64,000 nucleotides of DNA from Eledone cirrhosa (GCA_964016885.1 OZ024741.1:39680001-39744000); one strand, 5' to 3'. Counted from the first letter of the stretch, positions 1 to 13,318 are shown. Notes: generated from the letters alone by a model not told the origin. Made by a program: numbers and translations.

Positions 1-343
1 TGTGTGTTGTATGTATGTAGAGAAACATCTAATCATGTGATCAGTTACGTTATAATTTGTTATATATTTGGCTAATGTCCTAATAAATATTTATATATAA
101 AACAATGTATATTATAATCCTTCAATTAAATTTAATATAGATAAAGCGACAATTTCGTAATTTCAAAGCGTTATAGCTACACAGAATGTATCATAAATAT
201 TACAGAATACCTCATGTACAACATAAATATTTAATATTTTACTAGTTATGTTGCCAAACAATTGCAAGTGTCTGGTAGGTTATTTCTGCATTTCGGTTTA
301 AAATAAATAGCGTCCGTTATACCGCAAAATTATGAGGGTAATT

Positions 344-390
344 ATTTACTGATGAGGAAACTTTTGATATCTTAAACGCATATCTTAAAT
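344..390 (+). ncRNA. Degenerate type I hammerhead ribozyme-like motif
   Basis: attta-CTGATGA-gga..tct-(t)AAA-cgcatatc-t-taaat. Stem I attta/taaat is present, but G12 is mutated and stem III is poor. Confidence 0.3.
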
Positions 391-546
391 GTACTCTTTT
401 AAATTGTGCTGTGTGGGAAAGAATAAAAGTATATTCCTTTCGAAGGGAGGATTGTAATTTAAATAAATGTAATTTTATATTCAGTAAATTAATCATAAAC
501 CTGAATATATGTATAGAAATATCCATATATATGTGAATATATATGG

Positions 547-571
<25 letters not shown>

Positions 572-577
<6 letters not shown>

Positions 578-677
578 GTTTTCGAATTTGTTTTGGGAGA
601 TTTCTTATCTGGAAACGTGTGTTGAAACAGATATTGTTATACTTTGGGAGCATGACCCTCCCAAAGTATAACAATAT
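572..677. mobile_element. TA-flanked inverted-repeat family E copy
   Basis: atattgttatactttgggag / ctcccaaagtataacaatat inverted repeat; same motif recurs at ~16190, ~53660, 58590-59045 and 59585-60573; flanked by (TA)n. Confidence 0.65.
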
Positions 678-729
678 ATATATATATATCAGATAGGGTG
701 TAGTAAAATACCAGGTGGACCATAACCAT

Positions 730-760
<31 letters not shown>

Positions 761-1680
761 ATTGTGTATTTCTGTGTGTATGGGCGGGAAGGTCTGTGTA
801 AATAAGTAAATAGGACCGTCAAATACCAAAATCTGAAGGTTGATACATTTGGAACAAACAAAAGCAAAGTAATTACCAAATATCCCAATATGGAAATAAA
901 ACTCTGAGTAAAACTAATCCAATTACAAACTAAATGTCTATACTAAATCCAAGACATTATCCATAAATCCGACCTCATAATTCCTACTTCAGGCATCATG
1001 AATATTTTCTGACCCATACTCCGTAAATCCTACCTCCAAACCATTAAAAAAATATAGTATAAGTGAGATAGGCTTTGTCAAGTTGCAGGGGTTATATTAC
1101 ACAGTTTTTGTATTATTGTAAACACCAACCCATGCTTATTATTATCTACAGCGACTGCAACTCTATTGCCTAATAATCTATACCAACCAGACCCATTCCC
1201 GTGACTAACAGATGAATTTATTTTAAAATACTAGAGCGCTATCCCGCCGACCAAACCGAAATCTTTGTAATTGCCATTAGCCCCATGCAAACCTACCCCG
1301 AACCATATGAAATTACATATAGATATTAAAGGCATAAAATATAACTTACTTATGAAAAAAAAAAAGAAAAAATTAATACGAAAGTCAAATCTAGAAAATT
1401 GTGTGAAACGAAATAAATACAGGGAAACTCGACTCTCATACACAGAGTTAACGCTAAAATATCTCAGCTTAAATTTAATTACGTTAACCTAAGTAAGTTA
1501 TTAAACATTATAGGTCCATAGAAAAATTACTAACTAAAAATATCCTAAATGATTGACTTAAATATAACTGTATAAACAAGATAAACATTGAAATTTATCG
1601 TAAACTTCTAAATTGAACAACTCAAGTAATTTATATAAAATAGAAGAGACATATACGAAACAATACATTAATATTTAAAT

Positions 1681-1790
1681 GAATCCCACCGGGGTTAACT
1701 TTCCCTTTCATCCTTACGGGGTCGATAAAATAAAGTACCAGTAATGTACTGGGATTTTGCTGGCTTTGTGCCAAAAGAAGAAACAATTAT
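1681..1790 (+). mobile_element. tRNA-derived Meta-domain SINE, 5'-truncated
   Basis: ctttcatccttacggggtcgataaaataaagtaccag core plus the gctggc(c/t)ttgtgccaaaag..gaaacaattat tail shared with full copies. Confidence 0.8.
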
Positions 1791-2092
1791 TTAAACGAAT
1801 TTAAACCACAGTTACTTAAACAATCATATATGTATGTATAATACTTATGCATATATGTATGTATATACTTATGCTTCCATATAGCATGTATCTATATGTA
1901 TCATATCATATGATATATATATATATAAATATACATATAAATATATATAAATATATAAATATATATATAAATATATATATAAATATATATAAATATATAT
2001 ATATACATAACTAAATATATTTATATATATATTTATATATATTAATATATTTATTTATATTTATATATATATTTATATATATATAAATATAA

Positions 2093-2247
<155 letters not shown>

Positions 2248-2314
2248 CACACACATATATATATATATATATATGTATGTAAAAGGTAAACAGAAATAGC
2301 AACACAATCGGTAC

Positions 2315-2346
<32 letters not shown>

Positions 2347-2559
2347 ATGAAAGAAGTATGTTTGGATTGCGGCGGGCGAAGTCGAGAATTAAAACAGAAA
2401 TAGAAGCTTTCGTTTCATATTTTTTACTATACTATAGTGAACAGTATTAAGGTGAAAGGTATTTCGGTTTCAGGTTTATATTATATGTTGTAAATATCCG
2501 CATGTGTAAAAAAGGAAAAAAGAAAACACTGCCGAATCAAATATGAGAACTGATATAAC

Positions 2560-2662
<103 letters not shown>

Positions 2663-2666
2663 GATA

Positions 2667-2695
<29 letters not shown>

Positions 2696-2697
<2 letters not shown>

Positions 2698-2915
2698 TAA
2701 AATAAGAGATTAAAGTTTAAGCCAAGAATCGCTGCTTTCACCCTTAACGGGATCTTCTGCAGATCCCGTTAAGGGTGAAAGCAGCGATTCTTTGCTTAAA
2801 CTATAATCTGTTATCTTAATAAATATTTGCTCTACGGTTCTTATTTATTTGATATATATTTATCCTTATCGAGCCCTCTTTGGATTTTAGTCTTCGCATT
2901 TATTATTATTACTAT
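2696..2915 (+). mobile_element. Fold-back PLE-like element, family A (HHR-bearing)
   Basis: Palindrome around tcttctg|cagatccc, followed by a ~95-nt unpaired tail (aaatatttgctctacgg...attattacta); (TA)n on both sides. Confidence 0.8.
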
Positions 2916-2950
2916 AATATATATATGTATATATATATATATATATATAT

Positions 2951-3080
2951 AATGGCTTCTACAGGACAAGAACTATTTCATTCGAATGAAACAGTTCTAG
3001 TCCTGTAGAAGCCATTTCTATATTCAATATTTATACTCTGCTATGTATTGAGTACCTTACCTCACTGCGGTAACCCCCAA
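2951..3080 (+). mobile_element. Fold-back PLE-like element, family B
   Basis: aatggcttctacaggac..tttcattc|gaatgaaacagttctagtcctgtagaagccatt palindrome plus tail atactctgctatgtattgagtacc; TA-flanked. Confidence 0.75.
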
Positions 3081-3142
3081 TATATATATATATATATATA
3101 TGTATATTTATTTATATATATATATATATAATATATATATTT

Positions 3143-3248
3143 ATTAAAATAACAGAATAATAATTTGCTCTACGGTTCTTATATATTTGATATATATTTA
3201 TCCTTATCGAGCCCTCTTTGGATTTTAGTCTTCAAATTTATTATTATT

Positions 3249-3255
<7 letters not shown>
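3143..3255 (+). mobile_element. Family A tail-only copy
   Basis: Tail nearly identical to 2820-2915; TA-flanked. Confidence 0.75.
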
Positions 3256-3820
<565 letters not shown>

Positions 3821-4081
3821 GTGTATATATATATGCTTCATTGCAAACTATGCGCTTCGAAATTCCAAACACACATATTTTATATAGTTTAAATAAGTTC
3901 TATTTTCTGTCGCGTAATTAAAATATGTTCCTTACATTCTTTTAAACAATACAAAATATTCTCTCCCTAACTTTTCTAGATTTCTTTTTTTATATTATTT
4001 TTCTTGTGTATGTAAATATTTCCCACACTTTCCAATCACGTAAAGGTATTTAGACCAAAAATAATTTTTAAAAATGTTTAA

Positions 4082-4125
<44 letters not shown>

Positions 4126-4205
4126 AGGCCCGCATCCACATGCTCTTATGTTTCGCTCTTTCTCTCTTTGTATATATGCATATATATGTGTATGTGCGTC
4201 TGCGC

Positions 4206-4241
<36 letters not shown>

Positions 4242-4437
4242 TATATATACATATATATAATATATATATACATTATATATACATATATAACACACACACA
4301 CACACACATATATATCTATATACATAGATACATATATATAAATATTTAGTATGAGCAGAAAATGTACAGTTACATAAGATGAACAGGCAGCTGTGCATCT
4401 ACATCGTCAGTCTCCTATGTATATGCTGTGCATATGT

Positions 4438-4479
<42 letters not shown>

Positions 4480-4572
4480 GCACATAAACATATACATTTA
4501 TTACACACATACACAAACTGAATCATGTTTGTACTCATACTTATAGACATACATACATACATACATACATAC

Positions 4573-5003
4573 ATGGTGGCTGCCAACTCGTTTTCGAGTA
4601 CGGCCACTACTTTATATCCATGTAAGAGAACCCCTACCGATAAGCTGAACGAGTGTGACGTTCTAGTCCAGCCAGCGACTTGAAAACTCTGGTACAAACC
4701 TGTGACAATTATTGACACATAGTACTGGGCCCATGGTACCATATGACGACAAGTGCAGAGGGATCTCCAGATATAAAGCAATGCCTGTGCCGTGAAGCTT
4801 TTATAGTGAGCAAAGGCACTGCACAAAGCCAGTCCCACTTTCTTAACCAAGATGATATTTACCAAAAAGAAGAACAAGTCAACATCATTGGATACCATCA
4901 GGGTTGCAGGTGTTATATCAGAGTTTTCCTTCTCCTAGAATTCTGCCTTGACAAAGGCTAAGGGGTCATCTCTCCCGGTGATTTTGGATGGCCATTGACT
5001 CTA
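4573..5003 (-). mobile_element. Non-autonomous RTE-derived retroelement, family G
   Basis: Near-identical to 17244-17562, 21240-21666 and 48564-49000. Contains tagcctt..aaggca..tctaggagaaggaaaactctga (RTE 5'UTR/Ceph-domain-like) and ends in cagccacc(atgt)n. Confidence 0.75.
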
Positions 5004-5111
5004 ATACATACATACATAGTTACATACATACATACATACGTAGATACATAGATAGATACATACATACATACATATATACATACATACATACATACATACA
5101 TACATACATAC

Positions 5112-5270
5112 ATGGTGGCTGCCAACTCGTTTTCGAGTACGGCCACTACTTTATATCCATGTAGGAGAACCCCTACCGATGCGCTGAACGAGTGTGACTT
5201 TTTAGTCCAGCCAGTGACTTGAAAACTCTGGTACAAACACTACACTTGTGACAATTATTGACACATATTG
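5112..5270 (-). mobile_element. Family G, 5'-truncated copy
   Basis: Repeat of 4573-4720, embedded in (CATA)n. Confidence 0.8.
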
Positions 5271-5814
5271 ATACATACATACATACATACATACATACAT
5301 ACATACATACATACATACATACATACATACATACATGTTTAATTTTGATTATATAAACGGGAGAAAATATATTCCGTACATAGGTAGTGTGGTGTAAAAT
5401 TTAATAAACGGAAATAAAAATATCACCATATATGATATACACATACATGTGTGTATGTTTTTGTGTGTGATTAGGTGTGTGTATATGTGTGACTAAGTGT
5501 GTGTTTGTGTGTATGTGATTATGTGAGTGTGTAAGTGTAGATCCTTGAGTTTGGGGCCGTATAATATCGTTTTTCGTATGTTCTTACTGCCAAGAGCCAC
5601 GTACAATATAGTTGCTTGCTTCACGTCAATATTAAAGTCACATTCGTCTTTCTTGGGTGGCAATATATTCTATAAACTTTATGGCACTAATTAACCGATA
5701 GATTTCCTCATAATAATCAGTTAAATATATGATATATGATATATATGAAATATTTGATATACATACATACATACATATATATATATTTGAATATATATAT
5801 ATATATATATTTGA

Positions 5815-5955
<141 letters not shown>

Positions 5956-5958
5956 TAA

Positions 5959-6046
5959 ATATTTTCCCATATCTTACGTTAAATATTTTCCATCTTGACG
6001 TTATAGTCAAGACGGAAAATATTTAACGTAAGATATGGGAAAATAT
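5959..6046. repeat. Near-perfect 41-bp-arm hairpin next to (TA)n
   Basis: atattttcccatatcttacgttaaatattttccatcttgac / gtcaagacggaaaatatttaacgtaagatatgggaaaatat. Confidence 0.9.
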
Positions 6047-6958
6047 CTATATCTATATAGAAAGAAAGGAATCAACCCCTGTACTAACGTGGTACATTTT
6101 CATCGACCTTAAATTGATGAAAGGCAAAGTTGACCTCAGAGGGAGTTGGAACGAATACCACAAATCATTCTACCTGACCTATAACGACGCTGCCAATTCG
6201 CCGCTTCTAATACTTCTTTGAATGCATATATTAAGAATATGTTTTCTACTATGAACAGAATAAACCTCCATCGGTTTCCAGGATGACTATCCTAATTGTT
6301 CGATGAATGCAATAACCTGTTCGTGCAATTAAAGTTCCACGTGAATCTTATTTTCTTTGACCGCAACATGTCTTCGTGAGCTGATTTTTTCCTCGTTTCT
6401 TAACCTCCTGAAATCCATTCTTTCAAAAAGGAAAAACCGGAAAACATAAAATATTGTATGTCTGTTGCTTTTGCATATAAAAATCTGTTGGCTTTTTAAC
6501 TATATCAATGTTCGCTCCATGAATACGTTAATAAAATATTAAACACGGGTAAAACAAACTCAAAATGGACAAGCATGCCATAGACAATTTAACACTTAAC
6601 GTAATTCTCGGCAAGATTCAGCTGGACAGTTTGTGTCGAAGCTGGCAATCCATCGGGATTCCAAACAGTTTCCGTCAACAAAATTTGATGTCGAAGATTT
6701 GAGTTGACCCGAAGCTATGTTAAATGACATTTATCCCAGATACCACACACTGGTAACACACCCGGAACCTTATAATTGCGAAGCAAACATATTAAGCACT
6801 CGGTAATGCTCAGTAGAAATTATATCACAGTGATATGTTAATTCATTTATGATATTATGAAACTTATACTGTATGAAATTTATCGCCAATCTCATCACTT
6901 TGTCTACTATACCAGCCAGCACCGCCCGAAAAACACATTACTGTATTACTGGTCATGA

Positions 6959-7034
<76 letters not shown>

Positions 7035-7157
7035 AGTAAGGTTGCTTGGATGCATCCATAGGCGGTATGCCAGTTGAGTACTCTATGCTCCTACGGAACA
7101 GAGTATAATAATATGGAAAAGGAAGAATCAGTGATGCATCGGAACACAATTTATTAC

Positions 7158-7248
7158 CGTATTACAATTATTTCTCCGGCGGACAGCGCGAGGTGCGATC
7201 TGTTTGTGGATCGAACCTGACTCTGGGTTAACAAGTTCCTCAGATACG
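7158..7248 (-). ncRNA. Type I hammerhead, extended domain II
   Basis: Minus strand: cgtat-CTGAGGA-[62 nt]-GAAA-taattg-TA-atacg; stem I cgtat/atacg. Confidence 0.65.
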
Positions 7249-7293
7249 TCTGGTGACTTCGAAGCAAATCCTCTGTCTGAGATATTCACTAGA

Positions 7294-7384
7294 CGTATCT
7301 GATGAACTTGCGAATCGAGAGTCAGGTTCGATCCACAAAAAGATCACAGCTCGAGCTGTTCACCGGAGAAACAATTGTAATACG
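7294..7384 (+). ncRNA. Type I hammerhead, extended domain II
   Basis: cgtat-CTGATGA-[62 nt structured]-GAAA-CAATTG-TA-atacg; palindromic stem III, GUA cleavage triplet, perfect 5-bp stem I. Confidence 0.75.
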
Positions 7385-7429
7385 GTAATAAATTGTGTTC
7401 CGATGCATCACTGATTCTTCCTTTTCCAT

Positions 7430-7483
<54 letters not shown>

Positions 7484-7590
7484 TAAGGTTGTAAGGCAGG
7501 TCCAATTTGAACTCAGAAGTTATACGTTATGCGGGAAGGCGTTTAATATGATACTGATATACACGCAAACATATACACATATGTACACAC

Positions 7591-7717
<127 letters not shown>

Positions 7718-7845
7718 TATATATAAATATGTGTCTGTGTATGTAATTTGTATATATAGAGAGAGGGAGAGAGAGAGAGAGATAGATTGATAGAGAAAGA
7801 AAGAAAGAGAGAGGTTGAGACAGACAGACAGAAATACAAAAAGTG

Positions 7846-7891
<46 letters not shown>

Positions 7892-8019
7892 GTGTAAGTG
7901 CTTTATATAAGGAAATAAATATGCTTAATATTCAAATTATATTAACGAAGGCTCCTAATTGTTAATTATTGTTAGAGGAAACAACTGTTATATGTAACTG
8001 ATATTCTATATTCCACGCA

Positions 8020-8076
<57 letters not shown>

Positions 8077-8170
8077 TGTATGTATGTGTATGTGTGCGTG
8101 TGTGTTTGTGTGTGTGTAGATATATTTATATATATATAATATATATAATACATATGTATATTCATATATA

Positions 8171-8232
<62 letters not shown>

Positions 8233-8699
8233 CATATATCTATATATGAGGTGTGGCATTAAGAATAGCTCATTATTAAGTATCTATTAATATTTTAAGT
8301 ATATTATATTATTATTGTGGTGTATATTTATATCTGAATGATTTTGCATTCTGCTGAGATTTATACTAACGAACTATGACACACACACATATATGTATGT
8401 ATTATGTATGTATGTATGTATGTATGTATGTATGTATGTATGTATGTATGTATGTATGTATGTATGTATGTTCTTCTGGTTTTATAATTTCACAAAGTTT
8501 TACCAATAGAGAGAGAGTCGGTTTCTAACATAGACACAAGACTCTCTCATTGGAATTTACACAACATCAACTAGGTAGATATGTCTGCATGTCCGCATGC
8601 ATGTGTAGGTATGGATGTTATTGTATGTGTGGATGTGCATATTTTGAGTTGTATGTGTGCATATGTATATGCTTTGTACATGTGTATATGCAGTTATTA

Positions 8700-8960
8700 G
8701 ATGCAACATTTTTGGAATGTTTTACATATTTTTACTGTTCCATTAATGGAGTGTACTTGTAATTTCCTAACTAGTTGTGTTCTTTCTGTTCCTGTGAAGC
8801 CTAGCTTCTCAAGATTTGTATTGAGGCAGTTACTACCATATCCTAGTGCCCCAATAATCACAGGCATAAATCTGAAAGTATTGTCAGAGTGGAGTATCTG
8901 CAGATTTCTCATCAGTTCTGCATAAATATTCTCCTTTTCACTAATCTTTGATATTATATT
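8700..8960 (-). pseudogene. C-terminal RLE-endonuclease region of an R4/Dong-like non-LTR retrotransposon
   Basis: KISEKENIYAELMRNLQILH..FRFMPVIIGALG..LEKLGF..LVRKLQ resembles the K..Y..L...PVVIGALG C-terminus of RLE LINEs; homologous to 11335-11640. Confidence 0.7.
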
Positions 8961-9033
8961 GTATGTATGTATGTATGTATGTATGTATGTATGTATGTAT
9001 GTATGTATGTATGTATGTATGTATGTATGTATG

Positions 9034-9345
9034 TTGTGTCAGGCTCTCTCGAGTGCTACTGGTAACATTTAACCCAGTACAACCTGTTTCATGCTTGGGT
9101 CGTCGGCGACTAAACTGGTAACCCCACCAAGCTTGCTTGGTGAGGAGGGTGGTATTTTGGACACCCTGCGGGATGAAATACACGATCCGGCAAAGAGCAG
9201 AGGAACTCAGCAGAGTGAACGGCCATCCAAATAGTACTTTCTTTTTCACCTGGGAGTGAACGTCCCCCAGATGTTATCACAACACCTTTCTAGGAGAGGG
9301 AAACTCTGAAAAAAACCCTGTGGCTTCGGAAGCATCCGATGATGT
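9034..9345 (+). mobile_element. RTE-type 5' UTR fragment (diverged family G 5' end)
   Basis: gggtcgtcggcgactaaactggtaaccccaccaag...acggccatccaaa...tctaggagagggaaactctga, matching 21081-21330 and 48920-49112 (reverse complement). Confidence 0.7.
9051..9118 (+). ncRNA. Possible decayed HDV-like ribozyme
   Basis: P1 gagtgct/catgctt (G-U first pair, CpG-decayed), P2 ccagt/actgg, GG, P4 gtcg-tcgg-cgac, J4/2 ctaa; P3/L3 imperfect. Confidence 0.4.
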
Positions 9346-9558
9346 TGACCAGGTCTCCTTTTCGGGTAGTGTTTATGATGCTCAGAGAGTAGGATTGGTC
9401 GAGTGCAAGGCCTTTCCTCACTTAAAAAAACCTTCAAAGCACCGGCATTGTTTGTCCAGGATATATATATTGGGTATAAGCCCAATGAAGATATCTTCAT
9501 TGGGCTTATACCATTATGTTCACATGAAGTTATGTCACTATCTTAACACCAAATATTA

Positions 9559-9619
9559 TATTTTATCTGACGAAAGCGTACTTAAATATTAGTACCTTTG
9601 AAATACGTATAATAAAATA
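9559..9619 (+). ncRNA. Type I hammerhead (family K)
   Basis: tattttat-CTGACGA-aagcgtact-loop-agtaccttt-GAAA-TACGTA-TA-ataaaata; 8-bp stem I and palindromic stem III. Confidence 0.8.
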
Positions 9620-9957
9620 AATATGGTTTTATAAATATATTTTCCATTCATTAATATTCTTAATATTAATTATACTCTAGATAAACTGTTAAGTGCTTCT
9701 AATCTGTTGTAAAATTAACTTTGTTGAATAATCAACAAACCTTATAACTCATTGTTTATGTTTATATGTATATATATATATATACCACTCCACCCGCCAC
9801 CACCCCTACACGCCCCACACCCTTCCACCACTTGTTTATCTTCATGTTTATTTTTATTTTTATTTGTACCCCTTCCACCGTTTTCCCTCTTTTTTCTAAA
9901 TGTCTCTCCTCCACTCCCTTACACACCCTCGGAATTCTCTTCCCACCCACTTTTCGC

Positions 9958-9983
9958 CTGAAGAAGGGCTTATGCCCGAAACG
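9958..9983 (+). ncRNA. Penelope-type hammerhead core, stem III disrupted by poly-C
   Basis: CTGAAGA-agggc-ttat-gccc-GAAA-cg followed by C15; downstream aataaa and (TA)n. Confidence 0.6.
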
Positions 9984-10081
9984 CCCCCCCCCCCCCCCCT
10001 TCTCAAGAGCGTGAAACTAATAAACCTTTGTTCGTACTGCCTCTCTGTTTTGTTCCCGTTCCATTTTTCACTATATATATA

Positions 10082-10149
<68 letters not shown>

Positions 10150-10270
10150 GGAGAGAAAGAGATAGAGGAAAAGGGATATGTAAAAATCCCGACCGGGGCG
10201 CCAAGCGGTTTCGATTTGTATGTTCACCAAGCCTTTTTATGTTCAAGTTCAAGTGATAGAGAAAGTGTGT

Positions 10271-10365
<95 letters not shown>

Positions 10366-10555
10366 TGAGCATGCATCCGGTTTGCATACTTGTTTCACAT
10401 ACTCTGCGAATTGTGTTGGGAAGATGCATGAACGCCACAAACGCACAACTCTACCTTTCTTTTGAAATTCTAAAATATCAGGATTTCTCCCTTCCCAAAT
10501 GAAGAAGCAATGTTAAATATCTTGAATAAATCAATACATAAATAATATATACCTC

Positions 10556-10805
10556 ATGATGATGATGATGATGACGTTGGTGGCGAGGAAGAGGGTGATG
10601 ACAATTATGATGATGGTGATGATGATGACTATGACGATGATAATGATGATAATGATGAGGAGGAGGATGTGGTTGATTATGATGATGATGCTGATGATGG
10701 TGATGATGATGGTGGTGATGATGGTGGTGATGAGGATGAGGATGATAAGGATGATGATGATGGACGATGAAAATGATGATGTTGATGATGATTGTGATAA
10801 TGATG
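10556..10805. repeat. Degenerate (GAT)n tract
   Basis: Direct reading. Confidence 0.95.
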
Positions 10806-10842
10806 TATCATTTTCAAACTTGACAAAGTAGTTTCAATCTTT

Positions 10843-11158
10843 TGGGCAAGTGGTTTGAGCATTGGCCTTGCAATCGAAAGGTTGTGAGTTCAATTCTCAG
10901 ACCAGGTGATGTGTTATTTCCTTGAGCAAGACACTTTATTTCACGTTGCTCCAGTTTACTCAGCTGTAGAAATGAGATGATAGCGACTGGGGTCCCTATC
11001 ATTCCACTGCAAAGTGGACGTGGAAGCACCACGGAAAAAAGCACCCAGCACTCCCTGTAAATGAGGTTGGTGTTAGGAAGAGCATCCAGCTGTAGAAATC
11101 AAGCCAGAATCAGTTCGCGTCCCACCCTTGCAAGCAGGGAAAAGCGGACGTAAAATGA
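10843..11158 (+). mobile_element. tRNA-derived CORE-type SINE
   Basis: A-box-like agtggtttgag, B-box gagttcaattc, core tccttgagcaagacactttatttcacgttgctccag; sisters at 26627 and 50575. Confidence 0.75.
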
Positions 11159-11164
11159 TATATA

Positions 11165-11201
<37 letters not shown>

Positions 11202-11260
11202 CTAGCAAAAGTTTCGTAGAAATATCCAAGGGTAAGAGCACTCAGACCATATATATACAA

Positions 11261-11307
<47 letters not shown>

Positions 11308-11334
11308 CATCAATCCATCCATATATGTATAAAT

Positions 11335-11640
11335 AAGAAACTAAATATAATAGCCACCATCAAATTAGAACACATAAGGCCTGATCTTGTAGTTTGGAAC
11401 CAAATATTTTAAGCATGTTTTGTTGTAGAATTTAGCTACAAATTTGATATCAATATAATTTATAAATGCAAGAGAATGAGGATATCTAGTAACCATTGAT
11501 GAGGAGTTTTTAGATCCAGTACCTATGATATCTGTTCTGCTTCATACCTGTTAATATTGAAGCTACGGGTTATATACCAACAGGCTTGGAGCATTGTATA
11601 ACTGAACTTGCATTTGTGGAGAAAGAACGTAGCTCTTTAT
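11335..11640 (+). pseudogene. RLE endonuclease fragment of R4/Dong-like LINE, with stops and frameshift
   Basis: Manual translation IKLEHIRPDLVVWNQIF*ACFVVEFS...LMRSF*IQY..FIPVNIEATGYIP shows the PD-(D/E)xK-type RPD..E motif. Confidence 0.7.
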
Positions 11641-12144
11641 ATTTATTCTTCTATTGATTGATAAGCAGCTTATATAAAAAAACGTCGGCAAGAAATTCAG
11701 TGCAAAACAGTTGACAACGACCGAATAATAGAATGAACTTTATAGATATGGTCCGAACGTGGAAGAGCCCAACTCCCACTGTCATCGCCTCCATCTCTCT
11801 CGCCCTCCCCATGTCTCGGTATGGTGGGCAAATGGAGTCCCACATGCTCGCCTCCCCACAGCCCCGGCGGACAGAGTGGAGAGGCGTTTCCCCGGAGGAT
11901 GGTAAGGGAGATCCATAAGCTACAAATGTCCGCGATAGGTGGACCCTTCAAAATCTGTAAAATACTCTGTCGATTCAAAGAATGAACGATTACACAAGAG
12001 ACGACGATAATTTTCTTTTCTCCACAACCTTGCCACCGGGAAGGTGGCCGGGAAGAAATAAACTAAAAATTAAGAGAAAGAAAGACAGCTCATACACACA
12101 TACAAACACACACATTCTCTCACTCCTCCCCCAAATATACACAC

Positions 12145-12224
<80 letters not shown>

Positions 12225-12298
12225 GTGCGTGTGTGTATTGAGTGTGTATGTATATACAAGCACACACATTCTCTCACTCCTCCCCCAAATATACGCGC

Positions 12299-12330
<32 letters not shown>

Positions 12331-12362
12331 ATTGTGTGTGTATGTATATACACACACACACA

Positions 12363-12404
<42 letters not shown>

Positions 12405-12929
12405 ATAAAAAATACCTCTATTGTTGATTTATATCAGTAATCCGAGTAGGATTAGTAGTGCTAGTAGCCTTCTTAAGTACTCCTTGAATATGGATCAAAC
12501 CACATGTGCTGCGATTAGGTAAATTAGTGTTAAATTCTGTTATATGTTCAATTAGAAGTTATTGTAATTTATTATATTTTCATGTACTCTATGACTAGTA
12601 TCACCCTTTGGGTTTGAGTTTGTGGCTTGTGGGTTATGGTGGGCTACTCACTTCAATGTCTAGAGTTGATGTAGTCCATTATAACGATCACAATTTATAA
12701 ATACAGAAACATAAGTGTGTGTCTGTAAGTATGCATATTTGTGCCTGTGTGTGCGTATGTATGAGTGTGATTGTATATGTGTGTGTGTGTGTGTGTGTAT
12801 GTCCATGAGTTAGTTTTTCTCCAAAATGGTTGACTAAATAAACACGTGGTTTTTCTCAAAATAAAATTTTTTCCGTTCTTTCCTCTTCTCAACCTCTATC
12901 TTTCTATCTAGTCTGTTATTTCGCATTCT

Positions 12930-12968
12930 ATCTCCTGATGAAGAACTAGCGTCCAAAACGTGAAGACT
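12930..12968 (+). ncRNA. Degenerate hammerhead motif
   Basis: tctc-CTGATGA-agaactagcgtcc-AAAAcgtga-agact; G12 and stem II mutated. Confidence 0.35.
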
Positions 12969-13057
12969 CTTTTCTTACTATATCGTCATTGTAGTATGGC
13001 GTTTGATTTGTTATTTTTGTTTAGTGTTAACATATATATATAAATATATATATATAT

Positions 13058-13132
13058 ATTAAAATAACAGATTAAAGTTTAAGCAAAGAATCGCTGCTTT
13101 CACCCGTAACAAAGTTAGTTTCAGAAGATCCC
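13058..13132. mobile_element. Family A fragment
   Basis: ttaaaataacagattaaagtttaagcaaagaatcgctgctttcaccc..agtttcagaagatccc. Confidence 0.75.
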
Positions 13133-13318
13133 TATAACACCGGTATTACACCCTTATAGAGACCAATCTCGTTTGGAGACGTTTTGCGAACGGCTCAATC
13201 AATGACAGGATTTTTTCCGCTCACCTTTTCAAGCACAGAAGGTATACAAGTGTCACAAAATGAATATATATATAATACTCTCAACTTAAACAGCAGATGT
13301 TTAATGTATTTCAAGTGT

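Larger units (their letters stand above)
7033..7432 (-). mobile_element. Fold-back PLE-like element, family D, with two complete HHRs
   Basis: Inverted arms ~7110-7257 and ~7286-7432, tail 7033-7110; TA-flanked; related copy at 23133-23413. Confidence 0.8.

Noticed and set aside
4407-4961. Recurrent ORFs MVSNDVDLFF.. / ..[13 protein letters not shown]..
   Set aside because: They recur only because family G copies are near-identical; frames differ between copies and no domain is recognisable.
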